Source of the DNA: Thermoplasmatota archaeon | Lineage (GTDB): Archaea; Thermoplasmatota; E2; JACPAO01; JAHFTW01 | Direction: 5' to 3' | DNA: 64,000 nt | Assembly (NCBI GenBank): GCA_049602735.1 | Contig: JBMYRW010000006.1 | Location: 5,655 to 69,654, forward strand | In this document: positions 18,602 through 27,372 of the stretch, piece by piece | Layout: each line of letters opens with the position of its first letter | Numbering within the stretch: position 1 is the first letter of the stretch | The notes under the pieces: model-generated | What the model was told of the DNA's origin: nothing | The model's input: the letters and a program-made list of their open reading frames with translations, nothing else | The model's database searches: none | Position numbers and translations under genes: made by a program

Positions 18602-19471
18602 TCACGACCGTTTCCACCCGGCCAGCGCAGCGTCCACGGCCGCCAGCAGCGCCTCCCGTTGGATCTCCCATTCATCCTCGTGGATCACCTCGACCTTCTC
18701 GACGCCGAGCGCCTCGATGCCGGCGATGGTCCTGGCCTGCGCGGCGAGGCTCGGCGGGCGCACGAACGCGCAGAGAATGGGATCGTCGTCCTGCGACGCG
18801 CTGAACTCCTCGCCCAGCAGGGCCAGAACGGCCGCCCGCTGCTCCGGTTCGCAGGTGACGTGCAGGTGGTAGAGCAGGTCGTCCGTCGCCCCCGTGCGCA
18901 CCAGCGGGATCACCTTCACGGCCCCGGCTTCCAGGAGGGCGGCGCGGCGCTTGCGGACGGTCTTGGCGGAGAGGCCGCAGCGTTCGGCCAGCTCTTCCGC
19001 GCTGCCGCGGGGCGCTTCCACCATGGCACGGGTGACCCGCAGGTCCAGGGGACCCGGCACGGGGCCTTCGTACTGGTCCAGGTCGCTGCGGGTGGTCGGA
19101 GGGGCGCCCACGATGGCACTGGCCGCTTCCACCCAAGCGTCAGCGCTGGGCGTGTAGGCGCCCGCGAGCGTGCCGCCGCGGATGCTGTTGCCGGCCATGA
19201 TGGTCCCGGGCAGTGCCAGCAGCCCGGCGGTGGGCGCCGACGTGGCCCAGGTGGCAGCCACCCCCTCCACGCCAAGCAACGACGGCGCCGGCAGGGCGAC
19301 GAAACCGGTCAGCACGCCGGCGTCCTGGAGGGCCGCGAGGCGACGGCGCACGGACGAAGGGCTGCGCTCGATCACCTGGGCCAAGCGGGCGTGCGTCGCC
19401 AGGGGCTCCCGTCGCAGGGCATCCAGGAGCCGGAAGTCCACCGTGTCGATGCCAAGCCATCCCGTTCGCAT
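18602..19471 (-). CDS. Tandem Lrp/AsnC-like winged-helix regulator, paralogue B
   Basis: VDFRLLDALRREPLATHARLAQVIERSPSSVRRRLAALQDAGVL and LDLRVTRAMVEAPRGSAEELAERCGLSAKTVRKRRAALLEAGAV. An alternative GTG start at 19441 would align its N-terminus with paralogues A and C. Confidence 0.65.
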   Translation of the reverse strand: MRTGWLGIDTVDFRLLDALRREPLATHARLAQVIERSPSSVRRRLAALQDAGVLTGFVALPAPSLLGVEGVAATWATSAPTAGLLALPGTIMAGNSIRGGTLAGAYTPSADAWVEAASAIVGAPPTTRSDLDQYEGPVPGPLDLRVTRAMVEAPRGSAEELAERCGLSAKTVRKRRAALLEAGAVKVIPLVRTGATDDLLYHLHVTCEPEQRAAVLALLGEEFSASQDDDPILCAFVRPPSLAAQARTIAGIEALGVEKVEVIHEDEWEIQREALLAAVDAALAGWKRS

Positions 19472-19542
19472 TTAAAGAGGGCAGAAGGCGCCGCGGCCAT
19501 GCGCACCTGCTTCAAGGCCCCGGCGGGCTGCATGGGTACTCG

Positions 19543-20523
19543 ATGAAAGCGATGCGATACCACCGCTACGGTGGCGCCGAGGTGCTGCAGCTTGAGGACG
19601 TGCCCATGCCTGAGCCGGGCCCCGGCCAGGTGCGCCTGGCGGTCCGCGCGGCGAGCGTCAACCCGTACGAGTTCCATTTCCTGCGGGGCGATCCCCTCTT
19701 CATGCGGCTCATCACCGGCCTCCGGCGGCCCAAGGAGCCAGGCATCGGCAAGGACGTCGCCGGCGTCGTCGATGCCGTGGGCTCCGGGGTCACGGACTTC
19801 GCGCCCGGGGACGAGGTGTTCGGCAGCGGCGACGGCAGCTACGCGGAGTTCTGCCTCGCCCCGGTCGCCAAGCTGGCCCACAAGCCGGCCAGCCTGAGCT
19901 TCGAAGAGGCCGCAGCACTCCCGATGGCCGGCTACACGGGCCTCCAGGCGCTCGACCAGGCCGGCGTCGGAGCCGGCGCACCGCCTGGCAAGCGGGTGCT
20001 GGTCAACGGCGCTTCCGGCGGCATCGGCCACCTGGTCGTCCAGATGGCCAAGGCGATGGGTGCCCACGTGACGGCGACCTGCAAGACGGCCAACGTCGCA
20101 TGGGTGAAGGAGCTGGGCGCCGACCGCGTCATCGACTACGCCAAGGCCTCCCTTCTCGACGGCCCTGACGACCACGACGCGATCATCGACATGGTGGTCA
20201 ACCACCCGCTCCGGGCACTCGTGGGCAAGCTGGCACCCGGCGGCACCTACGCCTGGGTGGGCGCCGCCAAGATGGGCAAGGTGCTGGGCCCCCTACCGAA
20301 ACTCGCCAGGCTTCAGCTCATGCGGACCAAGGACCGGCGGGCGATCGTCGTCAACGCCAAGGCGCTGCGCAGCGACCTGGAACGCATGGCCGCGTGGGCC
20401 GACGCCGGCCAGCTTCGACCGACCATCGAACAGGTGCTGGGCCTGGAGCAGGCGGGTGAAGGCATCGTCCACGTGGAGCGCGGCCACAGTAAGGGCAAGA
20501 CCGTCATCCAGGTGGCAACGTGA
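19543..20523 (+). CDS. Zinc-type alcohol dehydrogenase / NAD(P)H quinone oxidoreductase (MDR superfamily)
   Basis: ORF 19213-20523 trimmed to the ATG at 19543 (MKAMRYHRYGGAEVLQLEDVPMP). Rossmann motif VLVNGASGGIGHLVVQMAK. Confidence 0.9.
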   Translation: MKAMRYHRYGGAEVLQLEDVPMPEPGPGQVRLAVRAASVNPYEFHFLRGDPLFMRLITGLRRPKEPGIGKDVAGVVDAVGSGVTDFAPGDEVFGSGDGSYAEFCLAPVAKLAHKPASLSFEEAAALPMAGYTGLQALDQAGVGAGAPPGKRVLVNGASGGIGHLVVQMAKAMGAHVTATCKTANVAWVKELGADRVIDYAKASLLDGPDDHDAIIDMVVNHPLRALVGKLAPGGTYAWVGAAKMGKVLGPLPKLARLQLMRTKDRRAIVVNAKALRSDLERMAAWADAGQLRPTIEQVLGLEQAGEGIVHVERGHSKGKTVIQVAT

Positions 20524-21137
20524 CCCCCCAGCCGGCGCGGCCCCGGACACGGCGTAGCTTCTGGGACCGGCGCGCGGCGGGCTTCGACCTCGACGTGAAA
20601 CCGGACGACGAAGCGGTCGCTGCTGCCCGGCGACTGCTCGGCCCCGATGCCCAGGTCCTGGAAATCGGGTGCGCCGTTGGCGCCACGGCGCGGGCGCTGC
20701 GGCCCCGCGTCGCCTCCTGGCACGCCATCGACCTCTCCGCCGAGATGGTGGAGCTGGCCCGCGCGGAAGGGGGCGACATCACGTACCAACAGACGACCAT
20801 CGACGGGGCACCGGAAGGGCCGTTCGATGCCGTGGTGGCGTTCAACGTGCTCCATTTCATGGACCTGGACACGGACCTCCAAGAGATCCGCCGTCGGCTG
20901 CGGCCGGGCGGCCTGCTCCTGGCGCAGACGCCGTGCCTGGGCGACATGAACCCGTTCTTCCGCGGGGTAATGCCGGTCATCGCCGTGGTCATCCGGCTCA
21001 AAGGCCTACGCCGGCTGCGGTTCGGCCGGCTCCGCGCGGCTGTGGTGGCGGCCGGGTTCGAGGTGATGGAGGAGCGGGCTGGCCCGCCGACGCAGACGTG
21101 GCTTGTGGCTCGTCGCCCCGCGGATGGGGCGGCTTAG
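20520..21137 (+). CDS. Class I SAM-dependent methyltransferase
   Basis: GTG start overlaps the upstream stop (GTGA). VLEIGCAVGATA is motif I. Also FDAVVAFNVLHF and LRPGGLLL. Confidence 0.8.
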   Translation: MTPQPARPRTRRSFWDRRAAGFDLDVKPDDEAVAAARRLLGPDAQVLEIGCAVGATARALRPRVASWHAIDLSAEMVELARAEGGDITYQQTTIDGAPEGPFDAVVAFNVLHFMDLDTDLQEIRRRLRPGGLLLAQTPCLGDMNPFFRGVMPVIAVVIRLKGLRRLRFGRLRAAVVAAGFEVMEERAGPPTQTWLVARRPADGAA

Positions 21138-21586
21138 GCGACGACGACCTTCTGGGCCGCCGTGCCGATGTCGTCGAGGAGGGCCTTGATCGCCTTCTTG
21201 AAGTTCGGACGCACGAGCGCCACTTCCATGAGATCGCCGAGGGGGCCGCCCTTGACCTTCATGTCCATGGTCATGCTGATCTGGCTGCCGCTGCCGGCGG
21301 GCGTCACGCGGATCGTGCCTTCCAGGTGCTTCATGGGGGCGTTGGTCTCGTAGATGCTGATGACGATGTGGTCGTCGCCGCGCTCCGTGATGCGTTCGCG
21401 GGCCCATTGTTTCCCCTTGGCATCGAAGGCGCAGAAGCGTTCCTGGCCGACGCCGACGACGTCGTTGAGCAGCTCCGCATGCGCGACGCCGCGGCTCACG
21501 TTGGCGATGCCGCCGAAGTCGTCGATCACGGCCCAGACGGCGTCCGGGGAGGCAGGCGTGGTGTGGGTTTGGGTGAAAGAGCCCAT
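21134..21586 (-). CDS. SRPBCC family protein, paralogue 2
   Basis: SPDAVWAVIDDFGGIANVSRGV... and the C-terminal helix NFKKAIKALLDDI parallel the gene at 16807. Confidence 0.8.
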   Translation of the reverse strand: MGSFTQTHTTPASPDAVWAVIDDFGGIANVSRGVAHAELLNDVVGVGQERFCAFDAKGKQWARERITERGDDHIVISIYETNAPMKHLEGTIRVTPAGSGSQISMTMDMKVKGGPLGDLMEVALVRPNFKKAIKALLDDIGTAAQKVVVA

Positions 21587-21678
21587 GATTCCCCATAGAC
21601 GCCCAGAGGGGATACCCGGCGCGGACCGTGACCGACCGATTCGGGGCTCTTTATCTACGCCCCTCCTTTGCCAAGCCC

Positions 21679-22548
21679 ATGACCGACCCGGATTTCGCCC
21701 TCCTGTGCGCCATCCGGGAACGCCCCCTGGATGGCCCGGCCGTGTGGGCTCGCCTCTCCGGCATGGACGCCAGCGCCGCCCGCCGCCGCATCGCCAAGCT
21801 GGAAGCCACAGGGGCCCTGCGGGGCTTCTCCGCCATCCCGGATGCCGCCGTCTTCGACCGGACCTACACGCCCCACCAGTTCGATGCCCCGGACGGCTGC
21901 GACGAGGACGCCATCCTGGCGGTCCCCGACGTCGCCTGGTTCGCCCGCACGCTGCAAGGCAACCTGTACGTCATCACCTACGAGGACGGCACCCCCCGCC
22001 GCGCAGAGCTGGAGGCCCTGCTGGGGCCCAACATCGGCACCTTCGCCCACGCTGACCAGGCCCAACGGGACCCGTCCGCCATCCTGGGACGCATCAGCCT
22101 CAAGGTGCTCCGAGAGCTGATCCTCGACCCCCGCGCCACGATCCAACAACTCACCGAACGGACCGGCCTCGGCGCCAAGACGGTCCGCAACCACCGCGCC
22201 GAGCTGCTCGCCAAACGCCACGTCACCATCGACCCGCTGCTGCGCACGCCCAACGTGCCGGGCCGCCTGTTCTACAACCTGGCCGTCGAGGTGGACGACA
22301 ACCAGCACCGACAGGCCGTGGCCGACGCGGTCCCCGACGCCGTCCTGGTCAACCATTTCGACGAGCCGCCGGTCGCCTACATGTTCGCCACCGCGGCCGG
22401 CCTCATCGAACAAGGGCAGCACCTGCAGGCGATCGGTCGCATCCCCCACGTGGCCGACGTGCGCCTCATCGTGAACCAGGAGTACGGCGTCGCCACGGAG
22501 CGCCTGGTGGGCTGGTGTGACGAGGCGATCGCCGCCTGGTCGCGCTGA
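21679..22548 (+). CDS. Tandem Lrp/AsnC-like winged-helix regulator, paralogue C
   Basis: ORF 21628 (GTG) trimmed to the ATG at 21679 (MTDPDFALLCAIRERPL). Second module LKVLRELILDPRATIQQLTERTGLGAKTVRNHRAELLAKRHV. A TTTATCT box is centred about 26 nt upstream. Confidence 0.65.
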   Translation: MTDPDFALLCAIRERPLDGPAVWARLSGMDASAARRRIAKLEATGALRGFSAIPDAAVFDRTYTPHQFDAPDGCDEDAILAVPDVAWFARTLQGNLYVITYEDGTPRRAELEALLGPNIGTFAHADQAQRDPSAILGRISLKVLRELILDPRATIQQLTERTGLGAKTVRNHRAELLAKRHVTIDPLLRTPNVPGRLFYNLAVEVDDNQHRQAVADAVPDAVLVNHFDEPPVAYMFATAAGLIEQGQHLQAIGRIPHVADVRLIVNQEYGVATERLVGWCDEAIAAWSR

Positions 22549-22549
22549 A

Positions 22550-23095
22550 TCAGGGCACGCGTTCCGGCACAAGCCGCAGCTCCACGAAGCCTTCACCCAG
22601 CATGCGGGCCGACGTGAACCGCAGCCGTACCGCGGTCGGCAGCAAGGGCTTGCCCGAGCCCAGCGTCGAGGCCGCCACCGTCAGGATCAGCTCGTCAAGC
22701 AGGCCCGCTTCGAGGAACGCCGCCGCCAGGCCGCCACCGCCGCAGACCCAGACATCCGGCTTTCCGGCCGTCTCTGCCGCGGCCACCATCTCCGCGTGGA
22801 CCGGCGGCACGTCGCCGCTCGCGAACCGCACATCCGCCCCCTCAGGTGCCTGCCGGGGCTTGCTGGTGAAGACGCAGACCGGGTGGTCCTGGTACGGCCA
22901 AGGGTTCCCTTGGGCCATGTGACGCTCCAGGAACTCGAACGTCGCCGAGCCCATGCAGATGGCGCCCACCGTCTCGATGAACGGCGCATAGGTGTCCTCC
23001 GAAGGCTGCGGCAGGGCATCAAGCCAGTCGACGCTGTCGTCGTCCGTCGCGAGGAACCCATCCAGCGAGGTCGCCGTGTAGAAACGCGTGGCCAC
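22550..23095 (-). CDS. Dihydrofolate reductase-like (RibD C-terminal domain) family protein
   Basis: GTG start at 23095 gives VATRFYTATSLDGFLATDDDSVDWL.... Also VWVCGGGGLAAAFLEAGLLDELILTV. Confidence 0.8.
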   Translation of the reverse strand: MATRFYTATSLDGFLATDDDSVDWLDALPQPSEDTYAPFIETVGAICMGSATFEFLERHMAQGNPWPYQDHPVCVFTSKPRQAPEGADVRFASGDVPPVHAEMVAAAETAGKPDVWVCGGGGLAAAFLEAGLLDELILTVAASTLGSGKPLLPTAVRLRFTSARMLGEGFVELRLVPERVP

Positions 23096-23174
23096 GGCCT
23101 TGCATCGCGCGCGGCTTGACGAAACCGCCGGTCGCTGGCGCAACGCCCAACCGTGCCCGCCAAGATGGCCCAGC

Positions 23175-23321
23175 ATGGCCCGCTGCCCTCACTGCCAGCA
23201 AGGATTCCAGCACCCCACGGTCCAGAAGATCCCACGCGGGACCTCTGCCTGGGGCTTCCTCACCGCCTACACCGCCACGTGCCCCCGCTGCGACGTGGTC
23301 CTTGGCGTCTTTGGCGGCTGA
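23175..23321 (+). CDS. Small zinc-ribbon protein
   Basis: MARCPHCQQGF...TATCPRCDVVLG (CxxC...CxxC). 48 aa, ending 12 nt before the PH-domain gene. Confidence 0.4.
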   Translation: MARCPHCQQGFQHPTVQKIPRGTSAWGFLTAYTATCPRCDVVLGVFGG

Positions 23322-23333
23322 TCCTCCCCGCCG

Positions 23334-23879
23334 ATGGCCCCGCGCCCATACGGCTTTGCCGACCTCGGGCGTGGACGGCGCGTGTTCCAAGAGAAGGCCG
23401 CCGAAGCGACGGCGCGCTACTTCCGTTTGAGCTTCCACCTCGTGCGCATCCTCGCAGTCGACCTCTGGACGACGTTTGGTGCCCTCCTCGTCGGCACGAT
23501 CTTCCTGTTCTTCGACGAGCCCCGCGTCGCCGGCATCATCATGGTCAGCATCGCCGGCCCCTTGTTCCTGGCCGAGATCCTGTTCACCAACTGGTTCGCC
23601 AAGCAGGCCGCCGCCAACCTGGGCTACACCCTCGGCAAGGACGAGCTGGTCGTGGAGTCCGGGGTGTTCATCCGCAAGAAGGCCAAGATCCCGTTCAGCC
23701 GCATCCAGGACGTGACGCGCACGCAGGGGCCCATCGAGCGCGCCTTCGGCATCAGCACACTCCTGGTCCAGACCGCCGGCATCAGCGGCCCGCAAGGCCC
23801 TGAGGGCAAGCTCCGCGGCATCATCGACGCCGACGCCATGGCAGAGACCATCATGGCGGAAGTGAAACGCGTCAAGTAG
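23334..23879 (+). CDS. Membrane-anchored bacterial PH domain protein (bPH_2 / YdbS-like)
   Basis: Two TM helices followed by GYTLGKDELVVESGVFIRKKAKIPFSRIQDVTRTQGPIERAFGISTLLVQTAG, the bPH_2 signature. Confidence 0.8.
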   Translation: MAPRPYGFADLGRGRRVFQEKAAEATARYFRLSFHLVRILAVDLWTTFGALLVGTIFLFFDEPRVAGIIMVSIAGPLFLAEILFTNWFAKQAAANLGYTLGKDELVVESGVFIRKKAKIPFSRIQDVTRTQGPIERAFGISTLLVQTAGISGPQGPEGKLRGIIDADAMAETIMAEVKRVK

Positions 23880-24978
23880 TGCCGGCGCGCCGACGCCCCA
23901 CGAAGGCCGCCAGGGCCAACGCCAGGAGGATGAACGCCGCACCGGCGCCGGGCGCTTCCTCATCTCCGTCGTCGCCCGCTCCGGCATCATCCGCGAGGTC
24001 GCCCTCCTCTCCGCCTTGCGACGGGGCGGCCATGAGCCCGATGTCTGCCGCCTGGATGACGCCCGCAAGATCCACGGCGAACACCATGCCGTCCCAGGAG
24101 CCGAAGCCTTCGGCGACGCGCACAGAGGTCGGCGAATCCGCATGCTCGAAGAGGACGCAGGCCTCCCCCGTCGCCGGGTCGCCCATGAGGGTCTTGAAGC
24201 GCTCGTGGGACGTGAGCAGCACCCGGCCATCGGCGGTCACCGCCACATCGTCCATGAGGTGCGGCACCACGGGCGCGCCAGGATCGGAGGCTACCGGCGC
24301 GCCGGTGTTGACGGCGTTGAACGCGAAGAGCTGCTCGCGCTGCGACGGGTCGGCGAGGCTCCAGGCCTCCACGCCGCTGCCCAGTTCACCCACTTGGCCG
24401 ACAACGAGCCGGTCGCCGTCCGGGTGCAGGGACAGGCCGTTGGGCACCAGCCCTTCGGCCCAGGTCGTCCATGAGCCGTCGGGGGCAATGCGGTAGAGCT
24501 CCGTCCGGAAGCCGTGCGCGAGGTAGAGGTGGCCGTCCGGTGCGGCGACCATGCCGTTGGCACCGCCGAAGCCCGTGGCGAACACCTCGAATGCCGGCAG
24601 GCCGGGTTCCGGGAAGCGCAGCACGCGGCCGTCCACGTCGGTGGTGACCCCGAGCCCTTGCGAGACGTAGAGGGCGCCGTCCATACTGGCCAACCCCATG
24701 ACCTCAGGACCGTTGCGGCCAGGGTCGGGCGTGGTGATGTGCTCCACGCGGCCGTTAGCAAACGCCTGGTAGAGGCCGTCCTCGAACGCCGTCAGGTAGA
24801 GCACGCCTTCCAGGAAGTGGAGGTTCTCGAAGCCGACCTCGGCATCCGCGAAGACCACGGGCTCGATGCCGCACGACGGCCATGGCTGGGGTTCGGGGAG
24901 CTCGTTGTAGAAGGGGATGACCTGGCTCGATGCGACGGGCAACAGGAGAAGCAGCGGCAGGGCCGCCATGATGCGCAT
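23872..24978 (-). CDS. Secreted SMP-30/gluconolactonase-like beta-propeller with PGF-CTERM-like anchor
   Basis: ORF trimmed to MRIMAALPLLLLLPVASSQ. Propeller-type repeats (PNGLSLHPDGDRLVV, ANGMVAAPDGHLYLA). C-terminus is an acidic linker followed by PGAGAAFILLALALAAFVGRRRA. Confidence 0.65.
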   Translation of the reverse strand: MRIMAALPLLLLLPVASSQVIPFYNELPEPQPWPSCGIEPVVFADAEVGFENLHFLEGVLYLTAFEDGLYQAFANGRVEHITTPDPGRNGPEVMGLASMDGALYVSQGLGVTTDVDGRVLRFPEPGLPAFEVFATGFGGANGMVAAPDGHLYLAHGFRTELYRIAPDGSWTTWAEGLVPNGLSLHPDGDRLVVGQVGELGSGVEAWSLADPSQREQLFAFNAVNTGAPVASDPGAPVVPHLMDDVAVTADGRVLLTSHERFKTLMGDPATGEACVLFEHADSPTSVRVAEGFGSWDGMVFAVDLAGVIQAADIGLMAAPSQGGEEGDLADDAGAGDDGDEEAPGAGAAFILLALALAAFVGRRRAGTT

Positions 24979-25114
24979 GGGCTTCCAGCCTGGCCGCCCG
25001 CCTTGAACGTTATGGGACAGCGTGCTCTGTGCCGAAACCCGCGCCGGGAGGGATTCTTGATGCAGAGCCGCCCACCGCATGGCATAGCGCGGTCGCAGAA
25101 CCAGTTTGATGGAT

Positions 25115-25135
25115 GTCGCAACGGCGTCGCAACGG
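25115..25135. repeat. Tandem direct repeat GTCGCAACGG-c-GTCGCAACGG
   Basis: Read directly from the sequence. It lies in the low-GC intergenic region between the divergent genes at 24978 and 25288. Confidence 0.6.
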
Positions 25136-25287
25136 TCCATATGCGGCAATGGGCCGCGGTGGCATAACCGGGAGCGACAGGAAGGAGAAGCCACCCAATG
25201 GGTGGAAAACGGGACAATAGCGAGTTAACCTTCCCCCCCGCAAACCACGGCAAGATTCTTTGACACTGTGATGTCTTCTCAGTCTTG

Positions 25288-26328
25288 ATGGCAGACGGGT
25301 TTTCGGTGCGTATGCTCCTCTTGGATGGCGACGTCGACGGCGTGCGGTTCCTTGAGGTTGCAAACTGGACGGGGCTCGGGGTCCTGGCCCCCCGAGACCG
25401 TTATTCCGAGATCCGTCGAGAGGCTGAATACGACCGAACCGGCGTCTACTTGCTTTTGGGGCCCGACCCAGACAACGATGCACGGACCCGCGCGTATATT
25501 GGACGCGCTGAGAAATTGCAAACGCGGCTAGATGCCCACGCCAAAGAGAAAGGCTGGTGGGACACTTGCATGTGCTTCACCACGTCGGACAATTCACTGA
25601 CACTGACACATATTCAATACCTTGAAGCAGCGCTTCTCGACCAGGCCCGAGAGGCCGGCCAAGTGGTTTTGGACAATACACAGTATCCCGATGTTCCTGA
25701 TTTGGGGAGAGCCGACCGCGAAGATTTGCAGCGATTCCTGGAAAAAGTCCTCCTCCTCGCGGGGATGGCCGGGTTGCCCATCTTTGATGTCGTAGATTCA
25801 ACGCCAGCCGAGCAGGGGTACGGAACGACTGCGACCCCGGACGAAGCGCAATTCCCCGGCGTAGAGTTCTCGTATTCTGGTTCGGGGAATTATGACGCCT
25901 CCGGACGATTTGTAGGGCATCGCCGATTCCTAGTCACCCGCGGTTCAGAAGCGCGTTCGGACGAAACCGGCAGCTGCCCGGCAAAGGTTCGAGCCGTCCG
26001 TGCCAAGCTCCGAGACGAAGGTATTCTCGTCCAACGAGGAGACAAGCTGGCGTTTACGGCCGACCACGTCTTCAATTCCCCAAGTCTGGCCGCCGGGGTT
26101 GTTTATGGCGGCTCGTCGAACGGTCGAACTGCGTGGTCCAACGACGAAGGTCGAACCATCAATGAACTGGATCGCTTGGACATCGAAGCGCAAGAAACCG
26201 ACGAAGCAGAAGGCCCACTCATTGATGAAGACGAAAACAATGGTCGCCCCAACGCCGAACCGGCTGCCACGGTTACTGCGCTTGCCGACGGCACGCCGCT
26301 AGATCCCATTCAAGCTGGGGAAGGATAA
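25288..26328 (+). CDS. GIY-YIG nuclease family protein with C-terminal DUF4357 domain and acidic tail
   Basis: GVYLLLGP...RAYIGRAEKLQTRLDAH (GIY...YIG plus Arg), then YLEAALL (Glu). C-terminal FLVTRGSEAR...NSPSLAAGVVYGGSSNGRTAW is the DUF4357 signature. Locally reduced G+C. Confidence 0.8.
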   Translation: MADGFSVRMLLLDGDVDGVRFLEVANWTGLGVLAPRDRYSEIRREAEYDRTGVYLLLGPDPDNDARTRAYIGRAEKLQTRLDAHAKEKGWWDTCMCFTTSDNSLTLTHIQYLEAALLDQAREAGQVVLDNTQYPDVPDLGRADREDLQRFLEKVLLLAGMAGLPIFDVVDSTPAEQGYGTTATPDEAQFPGVEFSYSGSGNYDASGRFVGHRRFLVTRGSEARSDETGSCPAKVRAVRAKLRDEGILVQRGDKLAFTADHVFNSPSLAAGVVYGGSSNGRTAWSNDEGRTINELDRLDIEAQETDEAEGPLIDEDENNGRPNAEPAATVTALADGTPLDPIQAGEG

Positions 26329-26548
26329 CAAGTCACTCGACCCAACGCTCGCTGCGCTTGCCCACTCACTTCGCTCGCGGAGGCTTAGCTCAACCATTAG
26401 GCCCGCCTTTCCGTATTCGTGTAACCGTACAGCCAGCGAGGCTTAGTGCCTAAACACACCTCGGAAGGAGGGTTTAGACGTAGAGCCTGCAGACCGGGCC
26501 ACACGCGGCTGCGACCGAACCCGTATGAGTCCGGCGGCTGGACGCCGC

Positions 26549-26929
26549 TCAACTCGGAGGCTGCACGACGCCCAAGATGTTCCCGTCCGGATCCTTGAAC
26601 CACGCCGCCTTGGGGCCGCCTTCCTGGTACTGGGAGATGCCGCGGGCGTCCTGGTCGAAGCCGTCGAAGCGCTCCATCTTGACGCCCTGGCCGACGAGCC
26701 AGTCGACGGTCGCCTCGATGTCGTCCACGTCCCAGTTGGCCACCGTGTGGTCGGCCTTGGGGGCGCCTTCCCGCTGGTAGATGAAGAGGGGTGCGCCGCC
26801 GGCGTGGAAGAACGCGGCGGAGCCGTAGTCGGCCTTCTGTTCGAGGCCGAGGGTGTCGCGGTAGAAGGCGACGGCGCGCTGGATGTCCGTGGTGCAGATG
26901 TTGGTGGTGATGGGCGTGTTGGCGAGCAT
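26549..26929 (-). CDS. VOC (glyoxalase-like) family protein
   Basis: ICTTDIQRAVAFYRDTLGLE...AWFKDPDGNILGVVQ. Confidence 0.85.
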   Translation of the reverse strand: MLANTPITTNICTTDIQRAVAFYRDTLGLEQKADYGSAAFFHAGGAPLFIYQREGAPKADHTVANWDVDDIEATVDWLVGQGVKMERFDGFDQDARGISQYQEGGPKAAWFKDPDGNILGVVQPPS

Positions 26930-27018
26930 CGAGGCGGAGAGAGGCCGGGCTTACTTAGGCCTCGTAGGGACACGGTGGATACTATCCCATTGATATCGTC
27001 CGGTCGCCTGCTGCGCCC

Positions 27019-27372
27019 ATGGAGATTATCGGCTGCCCCATCGCCAGCAGCATGGGCGTCCTGGGCCACAAGTGGGCGATGGTGATCATGCGCGACGCGG
27101 TCATGATGCAGCGCACCCGGTTCCGTGACTTCCTGCAGGACAACCCTGGCCTGACGCCCCGGGTGCTCAGCCGCCGCCTCCAGGACCTGGTCGAAGCCGG
27201 CTACCTGGCCAAGCAGGGCACCGAGGAGCGACCCACCTACGCACCGACGGCCAAAGGCGCGGACCTTGCGCCCGTGCTCACCGCCCTGGCGGCATTCGGG
27301 CTGCAGCACCACGCCGACCAGGTGTTCGCCGACGGCCAGCCGCGCCCCTTAGAGGCGTTCGTCACCGTGTGA
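27019..27372 (+). CDS. HxlR family transcriptional regulator
   Basis: CPIASSMGVLGHKWAMVIMRDAV...RFRDFLQDNPGLTPRVLSRRLQDLVEAGYL is the HxlR signature. Divergent from the VOC gene. Confidence 0.85.
   Translation: MEIIGCPIASSMGVLGHKWAMVIMRDAVMMQRTRFRDFLQDNPGLTPRVLSRRLQDLVEAGYLAKQGTEERPTYAPTAKGADLAPVLTALAAFGLQHHADQVFADGQPRPLEAFVTV

Noticed and set aside
19471-19477. TTTAAAG as a dedicated promoter feature
   Set aside because: It abuts the ATG at 19471 and could serve either the minus-strand regulator (if that starts at the GTG at 19441) or the plus-strand dehydrogenase. Without TSS data I mention it only in a finding.
19213-19542. 110-codon N-terminal extension of the alcohol dehydrogenase ORF
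   Set aside because: The extension is Pro/Arg/Gly-rich and overlaps the 5' end of the divergent Lrp-like gene. The MDR family N-terminus starts at MKAMRY (19543).
26329-26548. Possible tRNA gene or fragment (integration target) or att repeat downstream of the GIY-YIG gene
   Set aside because: I looked for T-arm-like GGTTCRANYC contexts and cloverleaf pairing on both strands and found none. The only repeat is a short GAGGCTTAG x2. A tRNAscan or Infernal run would be decisive.
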